Source: an uncultured Alphaproteobacteria bacterium
GTDB taxonomy: Bacteria > Pseudomonadota > Alphaproteobacteria > Rs-D84
NCBI GenBank assembly: GCA_944389235.1
Contig: CALXLO010000002.1
Coordinates: 54,327 to 118,326 of the forward strand
Direction: 5' to 3'
Length of the DNA: 64,000 nt
Shown here: piece after piece, positions 8,833-18,687 of the stretch
Numbering within the stretch: the first letter of the stretch is position 1
How the letters are laid out: each line of letters begins with the position of its first letter
Notes under the pieces: model-generated
Database searches by the model: none
What the model saw: only the letters and a program-made list of their open reading frames with translations
What the model was told of the DNA's origin: nothing
Made by a program: the position numbers and the translations under genes

Positions 8833-9486
8833 ATGAATTTGGAATCATCTGGAATTTTAATATCTTTGCGCCCTTTGGGTGAAACAGATTCGGTTGCGCG
8901 TGTGTTTACATCTGAATACGGTGTTTTGTGTGGCATGATGCGCGGCGCGCAACGCGCGCGCAAAAATCGCCCATTGGTGGGGCAGGTGGGTACAGCATCA
9001 TGGAATGCGCGTCTGGATTCGCAACTGGGGGTATTTCATTGGGATGCAGAAAAAAATTTGGCGGCGACACTTATCTTGTCGCGTGATGCACTGATGTTTA
9101 TGAACAGTGCTTTTGCGTTAATTTCAACATTATTGCCAGAACGAGAACAATATAAAAATTTATATCAGAAAACGGTTGTGTTATTACAAGAATTGTCTGG
9201 AAATAATGCGCATGACGCGTATTTAGATTGGGAAATTATGTTGTTGCGTGAACTGGGGTATGCACTAAATTTGGGGACTTGTTCTGGGTGTGGTACGCAT
9301 GATGATTTGGAATTTTTGTCGCCGCGAACAGGGCGGGCAGTGTGTAAAAACTGTGGTGCGCCGTATGCGACAAAATTGTATCGTTTGCCGTTAACGCTGG
9401 ATGTAACAGGTCGTTTTATTGCGCGCGCGTGTGTCAGCCAGGGCATAGAACTGCCGTTGGGGCGTAAAGTGCTGAATCAGTTATAA
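8833..9486 (+). CDS. recO: DNA repair protein RecO
   Basis: N-terminal OB-fold region (GILISLRPLGETDSVARVFTSEYGVLCGMMRG) and C-terminal zinc motif CSGCG...CKNCG. Confidence 0.8.
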   Translation: MNLESSGILISLRPLGETDSVARVFTSEYGVLCGMMRGAQRARKNRPLVGQVGTASWNARLDSQLGVFHWDAEKNLAATLILSRDALMFMNSAFALISTLLPEREQYKNLYQKTVVLLQELSGNNAHDAYLDWEIMLLRELGYALNLGTCSGCGTHDDLEFLSPRTGRAVCKNCGAPYATKLYRLPLTLDVTGRFIARACVSQGIELPLGRKVLNQL

Positions 9487-9576
9487 TTTTATTTTAGAAA
9501 TATTGATTTATTCCTTGCACAGAATTAAAAAATTCAGTATCTTTTATTTTGTTCAACAGACCAAAAGGAGAAAAGT

Positions 9577-10407
9577 ATGACTTGGACAATACTGATTCTG
9601 GTGATTGGTATCTTGTTGTTCTTGTTTGGTGGCATGCTGTTGCCAAAGAACGCGGACAAGAAGCCATCTGCTGGAAATATAGTTGTAAAAAAATCAATTA
9701 CTTTGATTGCAATCATCTTGATTGCGGGCAGTGTTTGCCGTTTGTATATGCCGTATTATCTGGTACGGGTAAACCCGATTATCGTCCAGGAAATGATTAA
9801 CGGTATGCAAGAACAGCAACAGGCCGAAAAGAACAAGCAAATCCGTAAATATGTTCGCAGCGAAGGCGATAAAATGATGCGTGATGCGCCGGTTCTGGGT
9901 AATCGTGATGCGAAAAAGACGATTTATGTGTGGACAGACTTCTCTTGTCCGTTCTGCCGTCGTGTGCATGGTGAATTGGACCGTGTAATGGCAAATCGTG
10001 ATGACTTCCGCATTGTTATTAAAAACTTCTCTATCCATGGGGCATTGTCGGATGCACCTGCCAAGGCAGTTATTGCAGCAAATCTGCAAGACCCAGCCAA
10101 AGCAGCAAAATTAACAGACATGTTGATGACACGCGAATACTATACCCAAGAAGACTTGCAAGACCAGTCTAAATTGGCTGAAAATGTAGAAGCAAATGTC
10201 ATGAAGTTTGCAAAAGAAGTAGGCTTGGATACAGAAAAATTGAAAGAAGATATGAACGGCGAAGTCGTTGCACGTGAATTAAGAAATGTTCGCGACTTGG
10301 CACAGCGCTTTGAAATCAATGGAACACCGTTCTTGATTATCGGTGAACAGGCTTTCCCAGGCGCAATACCAGCCGATCAAATTGAAAGCGCGTTGGATGC
10401 AGAATAA
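9577..10407 (+). CDS. Membrane-anchored DsbA-family thiol:disulfide oxidoreductase
   Basis: N-terminal TM helices and thioredoxin-fold active site FSCPFCRR (CxxC). ...INGTPFLIIGEQAFPGA is typical of DsbA/DsbG-like proteins. Confidence 0.8.
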   Translation: MTWTILILVIGILLFLFGGMLLPKNADKKPSAGNIVVKKSITLIAIILIAGSVCRLYMPYYLVRVNPIIVQEMINGMQEQQQAEKNKQIRKYVRSEGDKMMRDAPVLGNRDAKKTIYVWTDFSCPFCRRVHGELDRVMANRDDFRIVIKNFSIHGALSDAPAKAVIAANLQDPAKAAKLTDMLMTREYYTQEDLQDQSKLAENVEANVMKFAKEVGLDTEKLKEDMNGEVVARELRNVRDLAQRFEINGTPFLIIGEQAFPGAIPADQIESALDAE

Positions 10408-10426
10408 TATTCTTGAACTAACGCAA

Positions 10427-10456
10427 TAAAAATCCCGCAGTAATGCGGGATTTTTA
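10427..10456. terminator. Rho-independent terminator after the DsbA-like gene
   Basis: aaaaatcccgc-agtaat-gcgggattttt. Confidence 0.75.
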
Positions 10457-10752
10457 TTTGCCGGTTGGTAAATACTGCGTGTCATAGTTTGCGTGCAGTT
10501 TATTTATGTCGTCGCCAGATGTAAAAAAAAACAGCCGGGCATTTTCGCACTTGTGCAGAAAAATAACAGATTATGCCGCATATTTTGGTCAACAAAATGA
10601 TGCCAATTTAATAATATATCAATCTTATATTTTTAGATTAAAAATTCTATCCGTGTTGCATTACCTGATTTTTACGGGGAAATATCGTCGTGAAACATCA
10701 AGAATAGATACAAAAAATAAAAAAAATCCGCGCGGTGTGCGCGGATATGATT

Positions 10753-11922
10753 TTACGAATCGCTTAATATCGCAATTCCGGGCAGGGTGCGACCTTCGAT
10801 AAATTCCAGAAATGCGCCACCACCGGTGGATACATAGGTTATATCGTCTTTGACACCACATGCAGTTAATGCAGCAACAGTATCGCCACCGCCGACGATA
10901 CTTTCTAATTTGCCGGCGCGTGTTTGTTCGGCAATTGCATGTGCGATGGCAAAACTGCCGTATGACCAGGTGGGCTGCCATTCAGCCATGCCGACTGTTC
11001 CATTCCAGATTACTGTTGCGGCGGCGCGAATTTCTGCAACATCGCGTTCTGTTGTTGCAATGCCGGAATCGATTATAATGTCATCGTCGGCGATTTCAGA
11101 AAAATTTTTGTTTGTGCGTGGTGAATCTGGGGTAAATGTTTTTGATACGCCTTTATCCAGTGGTAATAAAACTGTGCAATTATTTTGTTTCGCATATTCC
11201 AAGATTTCTAATGCGGTATCTTTCTGGTCGGCTTCGTACAAAGAATTTCCAACTTTGCCACCGGTCGCAAAATTAAATGTTGTGCCCAATGCGCCACCGA
11301 TAATTAGTTTATCGGATAATTTTGCCAATGCTTTCAGTACACCGATTTTTGTTGAAACTTTGCTGCCGGCGACAATGGATAACAGTGGACGGCGCGGATT
11401 TTCCATAACCGCAGACAGATGTTCTATTTCCGATGCTAATAATTTTCCGGCATACGATGGTAATATTTCTGCGACACCAACAGTACTGGCATGCGCGCGA
11501 TGCGATACAGCAAATGCGTCGTTAATAAATATATCGTACGATTCGGCCAACTGTTGTGCAAATGTGGGGTCATTTGATTCTTCCCCTGGATAAAAACGCA
11601 CATTTTCCAGCAAGACTACATCGCCATCTTGCATGTTTTTCATAAAATCTTTGTCCAAGCAATCGGAAATTAGCGGAATTTTCATATATTCGGCAACTGG
11701 TGCCAAACTGTATTCCATATTGCGCGTACCCTTGGGACGACCCAAATGCGCGCAAATCGCGATTCGTGCGCCACCGTTACGCAGTGCGTTTATGGTTGGC
11801 ATGCTTTGTTCAATGCGAAATGCGTCGGTTATTTTTCCGTCAACAATCTGGACATTGAAATCATCGCGCAGCAATACATATTTGCCACGAACATCCAGTT
11901 TATCAATCGTGCGAAGTTTCAT
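10753..11922 (-). CDS. pgk: Phosphoglycerate kinase
   Basis: MKLRTIDKLDVRGKYVLLRDDFNV..., ...AHLGRPKG..., ...NDAFAVSHRAHAST..., ...STGGGAFLEF... Confidence 0.95.
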   Translation of the reverse strand: MKLRTIDKLDVRGKYVLLRDDFNVQIVDGKITDAFRIEQSMPTINALRNGGARIAICAHLGRPKGTRNMEYSLAPVAEYMKIPLISDCLDKDFMKNMQDGDVVLLENVRFYPGEESNDPTFAQQLAESYDIFINDAFAVSHRAHASTVGVAEILPSYAGKLLASEIEHLSAVMENPRRPLLSIVAGSKVSTKIGVLKALAKLSDKLIIGGALGTTFNFATGGKVGNSLYEADQKDTALEILEYAKQNNCTVLLPLDKGVSKTFTPDSPRTNKNFSEIADDDIIIDSGIATTERDVAEIRAAATVIWNGTVGMAEWQPTWSYGSFAIAHAIAEQTRAGKLESIVGGGDTVAALTACGVKDDITYVSTGGGAFLEFIEGRTLPGIAILSDS

Positions 11923-12538
11923 TTTTTATCCTTTCCTTAATCGGTCCAAAAGATTTTCTGTAATGTTGGTTTATACCATATTTATCAATTGCGTGCAAAT
12001 GTTCTGGGGTGGGATAACCGGCATTTTTATCCCATCCGTACATCGGATATTGTATTGATAAATCGTGCATGATTTTATCGCGTGTTTCTTTGGCAATGAT
12101 TGATGCAGCGGCAATTGATAATGATTTTGCATCCCCATGAACAACAGCAAAACCGTTAATATTTGGCGGCAACTTGTTCCCGTCAATTAAGCAAAACTGT
12201 GGTGTGCAGGTCAATTTTTGCACAGCGCGCGTCATTGCCAGTAATGACGCGTGTAATATATTTAATTCATCAATTTCCAAAGGGCTGCATTCAGCCGCCG
12301 CCCATATTGTATTTTGTGTAATCCAATCATATGCCATCGCGCGCATGCGTGGTGTCATTTGTTTAGAATCACGAATTATAACCGGAATTTCAATATCGCG
12401 GTATGGAAATATAACCGCTGCGGCAACAACTGGGCCACACAGGGGGCCGCGGCCGGCTTCGTCCACGCCGGCAACAATGTCATAATTACAACGGTTTTCA
12501 ATTTCAAATGTGGGTGTTTCTGTCATGATTGATAACAT
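11903..12538 (-). CDS. rnhB: Ribonuclease HII
   Basis: VAGVDEAGRGPLCGPVVAAAV..., ...DSKQMT..., ...IDGNKLP... The start may be the internal ATG at 12526. Confidence 0.9.
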   Translation of the reverse strand: MLSIMTETPTFEIENRCNYDIVAGVDEAGRGPLCGPVVAAAVIFPYRDIEIPVIIRDSKQMTPRMRAMAYDWITQNTIWAAAECSPLEIDELNILHASLLAMTRAVQKLTCTPQFCLIDGNKLPPNINGFAVVHGDAKSLSIAAASIIAKETRDKIMHDLSIQYPMYGWDKNAGYPTPEHLHAIDKYGINQHYRKSFGPIKERIKNETSHD

Positions 12539-12584
12539 ATCATAAATTTATAGAATTTGGGAATTTTTTTATATATAATGCGCA

Positions 12585-12762
12585 ATGTATTGGTGTATTG
12601 CCAATATGAGAAGTCAAGACCTCTTTCAGAACGCGTTTCAGTTGATTGAAACGAAAAGTCTCCAACTGCAAGTGGTTGGAGGGTGTTGAATATAAAATAA
12701 AACACGCTATTCGTTCTGATAGTTCTTGAACCTCCAACCACCTAAAAATTGGTGGTTTTTTA
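12585..12762 (+). ncRNA. Structured leader RNA / sRNA, copy C (orphan: no Cys-rich gene follows)
   Basis: -10 tatataat at 12571..12578. Hairpin attgg-tgtattg-ccaat has the same loop as copy B with a covarying stem. P1 ctccaac/gttggag, hairpin gtgtt-gaatataaaataa-aacac, hairpin ctat/atag, then cctccaacc (12731..12739) overlapping the terminator aaccacc/ggtggtt+T-run. Confidence 0.6.
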
Positions 12763-12814
12763 TTTAGGGGGTAAAATTATGTAGGGCAGGGCGATAATAG
12801 TTTCTGAATTTGAT

Positions 12815-13138
12815 GTGCGGTTGGGGCATATTATTGCAATGGTGCGTGCGCGCCACGGCATGTCGCAAAAAGATTTAGCAGAAAAACTGGGGATTTCTTT
12901 TCAACAAGTTCAAAAATATGAATGTGCAGCAAACAGAATATCTGCGGCGCGACTGTATGAAATCAGTCGTATTTTTGAAATTCCGATGTGTCGCATGATT
13001 AATGCCACAGGTGATGCGTATGTTCATGATAAATTTATGACAGATTTAATTTGTGCTATTTATAAATTAAGTACAAACAATCGCAAAATGATTGCAAAAA
13101 TTGTGTTGGCATTAACCAACAGCGATTCGCACAAATAG
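12815..13138 (+). CDS. XRE-family helix-turn-helix transcriptional regulator
   Basis: HGMSQKDLAEKLGISFQQVQKYECAANRISAARLYEISRIFEIP is a classic HTH_3 motif. The true start may be the ATG at 12839. Confidence 0.8.
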   Translation: MRLGHIIAMVRARHGMSQKDLAEKLGISFQQVQKYECAANRISAARLYEISRIFEIPMCRMINATGDAYVHDKFMTDLICAIYKLSTNNRKMIAKIVLALTNSDSHK

Positions 13139-13143
13139 CAATA

Positions 13144-14874
13144 TTATATCGACATGCGGTTGGCGATTTGCTGTTGGACATATTCGTCTTCGCTGTTATA
13201 CAGTGGCCATTGCGTATCGGCCAGTTCGCGCATGGTTGTTAATGGTTGGTCCAGACGGGCGCGATACAGCCACATATTTGACATAACGCGTTTTATATAA
13301 CTGCGGGTTTCGTATACTGGGAAACTTTCTATGTACAGCAGGGGGTCATGTGTTGCGAACATTTTTTCGAAATTGACCATTGTCCCCATGCCAGCGTTAT
13401 ATGCCGCCAACATTTTTATAATATTGTTGTTAATATTCGGATGTGCCAACAGGTCAACAATATATTGTTGACCCAAGAACATATTATGTTCTGGGTTCAA
13501 CATATCTATATCCGACATATTAACTTTGTTTTCGCGGGCAACGCGTTTGGCGGTGCTGGGCATAATTTGCATCAGACCATTTGCGCCCGCGCCAGATTTT
13601 GCATTTGCTTTGAATCCGCTTTCTTGTTTGGTAATTGCCAGCAATAATGCACGGTCAATAGACCAACCGCCCATGGGTTCCCAATCTGGCAACGGATATT
13701 GTGCGGAATAAATAATATTATCATCAATTTCCAAAATACCACGGTCTTGGACAATGCTGGATGCCTGGATTGATACACGCGGCAGACCGTATGCCGTTGC
13801 CACGGAATTTATCGCGTGCAGGGTGCGGTCGCTGACCTTTGGGGTAATCATATATTTCAGGTATAGTTCAGCACGGTCTTTTTGACCAGTTTGCAACAGC
13901 GCCAACGCGCGTTTGCCATATTTAGATTCACGCAAGACATTAATATCGTCATCAGTGCAATCTTGTTCAAAAAATTCGTATCGTGGGGTACGCCCCAGCA
14001 TAGTTGATGACAGTGCACCATAGAAAGACATTGGGTGTGTGGCGGCAATTTTCCAATATTTCTTGGCTGCTGCGCGGTCGTCATTTGCATCGGCGGCGCG
14101 ACCGGCCCAGAATGCAGCCTCGGTCTTGCGGGCATCGTTTATTTGTTCCAGTTGTAAAATTTGGCTGAAATATTTTTCACTTTCTGCAAAATTTTCTTCT
14201 TTGAAATATAACAATCCCATTGCCCACAGACCGTATTCTGATTTTGCATCAGATGCAACAAAACCCCATTTTTTTGCCAGTTCTGTTTCGCCATTTGTAT
14301 AATATAAGAATGATAAACGACCCGCCAAACGACCATAGTCCGATTCGGTTAATTTGCGTTTGAATGTGTTATCTTCCAGAATTAATCGCGCGCGTTTGGT
14401 TTGACCAGTGCGAATTGCGCGCTTGAACTGCGTGATTTTTGTGTTTGTATCGCCAGTGTATTTTTTCGCGGTCCATGTTTCTGATTGTGGTGTTTCAATA
14501 GATGCACCACCAGTTATCGTGCGTGGAATATATGCCTTGCGTACATTTGCTTGTTTTATTTTGGCCAATTTTACCATGCGGTCGGCACCGGGCATGTCAT
14601 AATAATTATTCATCCAAGAAACCAGTTCTTTGCCACGGGTGCGATATGTCTTGGATATAAAGCGTTGATATAATACTTCGTTTAATAGCAGTGGGTCTGT
14701 TAATTGTTTTTCTAATTTTTGTGCCGCACTGATTTCTTCGGCATTTTGCAACATAAATATTTGTTCGTATAATACAGCATCTTCGTCAGATAAAATATTT
14801 ATATCTGGCAAATCGCCAGCCAATGCTGCGACTGGCAAAAAAATTGCTATCAAAAATGTGAATATTTTTTTCAT
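13144..14874 (-). CDS. slt: Soluble lytic murein transglycosylase (Slt family)
   Basis: Signal peptide MKKIFTFLIAIFLPVAALA, a superhelical N-terminal region, and the catalytic SLT motif AITKQESGFKANAKSGAGANGLMQIMPSTA...AAYNAG. Start set at 14874. Confidence 0.85.
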   Translation of the reverse strand: MKKIFTFLIAIFLPVAALAGDLPDINILSDEDAVLYEQIFMLQNAEEISAAQKLEKQLTDPLLLNEVLYQRFISKTYRTRGKELVSWMNNYYDMPGADRMVKLAKIKQANVRKAYIPRTITGGASIETPQSETWTAKKYTGDTNTKITQFKRAIRTGQTKRARLILEDNTFKRKLTESDYGRLAGRLSFLYYTNGETELAKKWGFVASDAKSEYGLWAMGLLYFKEENFAESEKYFSQILQLEQINDARKTEAAFWAGRAADANDDRAAAKKYWKIAATHPMSFYGALSSTMLGRTPRYEFFEQDCTDDDINVLRESKYGKRALALLQTGQKDRAELYLKYMITPKVSDRTLHAINSVATAYGLPRVSIQASSIVQDRGILEIDDNIIYSAQYPLPDWEPMGGWSIDRALLLAITKQESGFKANAKSGAGANGLMQIMPSTAKRVARENKVNMSDIDMLNPEHNMFLGQQYIVDLLAHPNINNNIIKMLAAYNAGMGTMVNFEKMFATHDPLLYIESFPVYETRSYIKRVMSNMWLYRARLDQPLTTMRELADTQWPLYNSEDEYVQQQIANRMSI

Positions 14875-14876
14875 GG

Positions 14877-15377
14877 TTAAAATAGTGATGTTTTTGGTAA
14901 TGGGCATACGGATGCGCCATCATCAGCCTCTGGTATTTGGTCGATTATTTTTTTGAAATCCGAAATACGCGAAAATTTACGATATACAGACACAAATCGC
15001 ACAAATGCGATTGGGTCCAGATTTAACAGCGAATCTGATACCATTTGACCAACCATTGCGCTGCTGACAGTATCATCAGCCGTTTCTGTTTCCAGTCTGC
15101 GATGTATTGATGTAACCAATTTTTCAATCTGTTCGTCGCCGACATCGCGATTGCGACACGCCAGTTTTATACTGCGTGTCAATTTTTCACGGTCAAAAGG
15201 TTCCAGTTTGCCACTGTTTTTACGAACCATTAAATCGCGCATCTGGACGCGTTCAACCGTTGTAAACTTGGCACCGCATTGATTACAAACGCGCCGCCGC
15301 CGAATTATTGCGTCTTCGGTGTCTGGTCGGGAATCTGTGACCCGACTGTCGGTTGAATTACAATATGGACATCTCAT
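14877..15377 (-). CDS. nrdR: Transcriptional repressor NrdR
   Basis: MRCPYCNSTDSRVTDSRP...RRRRVCNQCGAKFTTVE (zinc ribbon) plus an ATP-cone. Start set at the ATG giving MRCPYC. Confidence 0.9.
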   Translation of the reverse strand: MRCPYCNSTDSRVTDSRPDTEDAIIRRRRVCNQCGAKFTTVERVQMRDLMVRKNSGKLEPFDREKLTRSIKLACRNRDVGDEQIEKLVTSIHRRLETETADDTVSSAMVGQMVSDSLLNLDPIAFVRFVSVYRKFSRISDFKKIIDQIPEADDGASVCPLPKTSLF

Positions 15378-15533
15378 ATTCGTATAAGGTAGCAATGAAT
15401 TTATGCACTGTAAAGCAGAATTTGCATTTTAGTGTTTCAGGGTAAAAAGTGCAATTTTTATAAAAATCAAGCATTTTATTTGTCTTGGAATCAGGCAGGA
15501 CGGCTTTTTAATATGGGTATTTTATGATAAAAT

Positions 15534-16661
15534 ATGTCTTGTATAGGGCCAGTCGGAGAGATGGAAAAATACCTGAACAAGATTTTAACAGGCGATTGTA
15601 TCGATGTAATGCGGGGGATTCCGGACGCATCTGTTGATGCAGTTTTTGCAGATGCACCATATAATCTGCAACTGGGGGCAAAAACCCTGTATCGACCCGA
15701 AGACCAAACCGCCGCCCGCGCAGTACGCGATGCGTGGGATTCTTTTGATAGTCCGGCGGCATACGATGAATTTACGCGCGCATGGATGGCAGAATGTCGG
15801 CGCGTGCTGAAACCAGACGGGGCAATGTGGGTTATTGGCAGTTATCATAATATTTTCCGTGTCGGGACGATATTGCAAGATTTGGGATTCTGGATATTAA
15901 ATGATATAGTTTGGGTGAAAACTAATCCGATGCCTAATTTCCGTGGAACGCGTTTTACAAATGCGCATGAAACACTGATTTGGGCCACACCGCGCAAGAC
16001 CGGTAAATATACATTTAATTATGAAACAATGAAAAAATTAAATGGTGGCAAGCAAATGCGTTCAGATTGGGATATAAATATATGCCTGGGCGAAGAACGG
16101 GTCAAAGATGCTGCGGGTAAAAGCCTGCATAATACCCAAAAGCCAATGGATTTATTGCGACGGGTCGTTTTGGCATCTACCAAGGCGGGCGATATAATCT
16201 TGGACCCATTTTTAGGCAGCGGAACAACCGCAGCGGTTGCCAAAGAACTGGGACGCAATTTTATCGGAATTGAACGCGAAGAATCTTATGTATCAGCGGC
16301 GCGCGCACGCGTTGACGCAGTACAGCCGGTGGATTTGACTGAAATAGAGGTCGCAACACCAAAACGGGATGAAATTCGCGTCGCATTCAAAGAATTGATA
16401 GAGGCTGGATTGCTGTATGTCGGTCAGACATTGGTCAGTCCGCGTGGTGAACGCGTTATGATTACTCGTGATGGTCAGTTGGTGCATTCGCTGCATGGCA
16501 AGGCATCAATTCATGTTATGGCGGCGCGTTTGCAACATTGTGTCAGTTTTAATGGCTGGGATTATTGGTCCGCAGAAAAACGCGATGGGTCTTTGGTGCC
16601 GATTGATGAACTGCGCAAATATGTGCGCGGAATTAAACACGATTTGAAAAAAGTTGCATAA
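15534..16661 (+). CDS. ccrM: CcrM-type site-specific DNA adenine (N6) methyltransferase
   Basis: ...[14 protein letters not shown]... (DPPY-type motif), ...[53 protein letters not shown]... and ...DPFLGSGTT match the CcrM family layout, including the C-terminal extension. The start may be 15561. Confidence 0.85.
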   Translation: MSCIGPVGEMEKYLNKILTGDCIDVMRGIPDASVDAVFADAPYNLQLGAKTLYRPEDQTAARAVRDAWDSFDSPAAYDEFTRAWMAECRRVLKPDGAMWVIGSYHNIFRVGTILQDLGFWILNDIVWVKTNPMPNFRGTRFTNAHETLIWATPRKTGKYTFNYETMKKLNGGKQMRSDWDINICLGEERVKDAAGKSLHNTQKPMDLLRRVVLASTKAGDIILDPFLGSGTTAAVAKELGRNFIGIEREESYVSAARARVDAVQPVDLTEIEVATPKRDEIRVAFKELIEAGLLYVGQTLVSPRGERVMITRDGQLVHSLHGKASIHVMAARLQHCVSFNGWDYWSAEKRDGSLVPIDELRKYVRGIKHDLKKVA

Positions 16662-16780
16662 TTTTGTTTTCTTTGGTTCGTGGCTTGCAAATTTCCATAT
16701 AATCATTATATATATCATAAATTCGCGAATCGGGTTTTTGTGTGATATAGTTTTATTTGTAAGAAAAAAAGGTTTTTGTA

Positions 16781-17362
16781 ATGGCTTTGATTCCTGTTGT
16801 AATAGAAGAATCGCCGCGTGGTGAACGGTCTTTTGACATTTATTCCAGGTTGTTGCGCGACCGTATTGTTATGATTAGCGGGCAAATTGAACCGCAAATG
16901 GCAAATATTGTTGTTGCGCAGTTGCTGTTTTTGGAATCTGAAAATCCAAATGCTGATATTTCTGTGTATATCAATTCGCCGGGCGGTGATGTTTCGGCTG
17001 GATGGGCAATAATGGATACTATGCAGTATATAAAATCGCCTGTTTCAACAATTGGTATGGGGTTGGTGGCATCAATGGGTTCTGTGTTGCTGGCGGCTGG
17101 GGCCAAGGGTAAACGATTTGTTTTGCCAAATACACAAATTATGATACATCAGCCACTGGCCAGCGCCGAAGGGCAAATTACTGATATGGAAATTCGCATG
17201 GCGCAATATCAGAAAAATAAAAAAACGCTTATCAAACAGATGACGGAATTTACAGGGCGTAAAGAAAAAGAACTGTTTGAAGCAATGGAACGCGATAACT
17301 GGATGACCCCAGACGAAGCCAAAGATTTTGGGCTGATTGATGGCGTTTTATCCAGAAAATAA
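16781..17362 (+). CDS. clpP: ATP-dependent Clp protease proteolytic subunit
   Basis: ...[18 protein letters not shown]...[11 protein letters not shown]...[14 protein letters not shown]...IMIHQP... Confidence 0.95.
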   Translation: MALIPVVIEESPRGERSFDIYSRLLRDRIVMISGQIEPQMANIVVAQLLFLESENPNADISVYINSPGGDVSAGWAIMDTMQYIKSPVSTIGMGLVASMGSVLLAAGAKGKRFVLPNTQIMIHQPLASAEGQITDMEIRMAQYQKNKKTLIKQMTEFTGRKEKELFEAMERDNWMTPDEAKDFGLIDGVLSRK

Positions 17363-17386
17363 TTTTTATATCGGGGATGAGAAATA

Positions 17387-18658
17387 ATGGGCGACGATAA
17401 AATAAAAAAATCTGACGAAAAACAAACAAATGCACCACAATTTTGCAGTTTTTGTGGCAAAGCTGTCTATGAAGTAAAAAAATTGGTCAGCGGGCGCAAT
17501 GTGTGTATTTGTGATGAATGTATAAACCTGTGTAATGATATTATGGCGGACGATATGCGTCAAAATATTGGTCGTGAAACGGCCAAGTTGCCAACGCCGC
17601 GTCAAATATATAATTTTCTGAATGAATATATCGTCGGTCAAGATGATGCAAAGCGAACTTTGTCTGTCGCAGTGTATAATCATTATAAACGGCATAGCGT
17701 TGCGGTTAATACCAGCGTGGAAATTCAAAAATCTAATGTTTTATTAATTGGTCCAACCGGTACGGGAAAAACTTTGTTTGCCCAGACATTGGCGCGGATT
17801 TTAGATGTTCCGTTTGCAATTGCAGATGCCACCACTTTGACCGAGGCTGGCTATGTCGGCGATGATGTGGAAAGTGTCTTGACGCGACTGTTGCAGAATG
17901 CAAATTTTGATGTAGAACGCGCCGGACGCGGTATAATATATATTGATGAAATTGACAAGATTGCACGCAAATCTGAAAATCCATCTTTGACCCGTGATGT
18001 GTCTGGTGAAGGTGTACAGCAAGCATTATTGAAATTAATAGAAGGCACTGTTGCAAATGTTCCGGCTGGCGGGGCAGGGCGCAAACATCCGGGTGAAGCC
18101 ACAGTTCAACTGGATACCAGCAAGATATTATTTATATGTGGTGGGGCGTTTGATGGATTGAACAAGATTATCGGCGCGCGTACCAATGAACGCGCAGGTA
18201 TCGGATTTGGTGCAGATGTGAAATCCAAGAAAGAACGCGATGATAAAAATTATTTATCAGATGTTCAACCGGCAGATTTGGTAAAGTTTGGTATAATTCC
18301 TGAATTAGTTGGTCGTCTGCCAATTGTTACAACATTGCAAGATTTGGACGAAGATGCGTTGGTGAAAATCTTGACCGAACCCAAAAATGCAATTGTAAAG
18401 CAATATGCCGCCATGTTAGAAATGGATGGGGTAAAATTAACTATCACAGATGATGGTTTGCGTGAAATTGCAAACAAGGCGGTCGCCCGCAAGACTGGCG
18501 CGCGTGGTTTACGCAGTATTTTGGAAAAAATATTGCTGGAACCAATGTTCGAAGCCCCAGAAAAAGAAGATTTGGCAGAAATTGTTATTGATAAAGATGT
18601 CGTTGCCGGTAAAAAGCCACCGGTGGAAATTCTGCGTGATGCAAAAAAAGTTGCATAA
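17387..18658 (+). CDS. clpX: ATP-dependent Clp protease ATP-binding subunit ClpX
   Basis: Zinc finger CSFCGK...CDEC, Walker A GPTGTGKT, ...[10 protein letters not shown]... Confidence 0.95.
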   Translation: MGDDKIKKSDEKQTNAPQFCSFCGKAVYEVKKLVSGRNVCICDECINLCNDIMADDMRQNIGRETAKLPTPRQIYNFLNEYIVGQDDAKRTLSVAVYNHYKRHSVAVNTSVEIQKSNVLLIGPTGTGKTLFAQTLARILDVPFAIADATTLTEAGYVGDDVESVLTRLLQNANFDVERAGRGIIYIDEIDKIARKSENPSLTRDVSGEGVQQALLKLIEGTVANVPAGGAGRKHPGEATVQLDTSKILFICGGAFDGLNKIIGARTNERAGIGFGADVKSKKERDDKNYLSDVQPADLVKFGIIPELVGRLPIVTTLQDLDEDALVKILTEPKNAIVKQYAAMLEMDGVKLTITDDGLREIANKAVARKTGARGLRSILEKILLEPMFEAPEKEDLAEIVIDKDVVAGKKPPVEILRDAKKVA

Positions 18659-18687
18659 AAAAAAACGGGGCAACGCCCCGTTTTTTA
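18657..18687. terminator. Bidirectional terminator between clpX and clpB
   Basis: aaaaaacggggc-aac-gccccgtttttt. Confidence 0.8.

Noticed and set aside
10506-10802. 98-aa ORF in the spacer between the DsbA-like gene and pgk
   Set aside because: It has no RBS and a low-complexity, AT-driven translation, and it overlaps the pgk 3' end and a terminator hairpin. It is probably non-coding.
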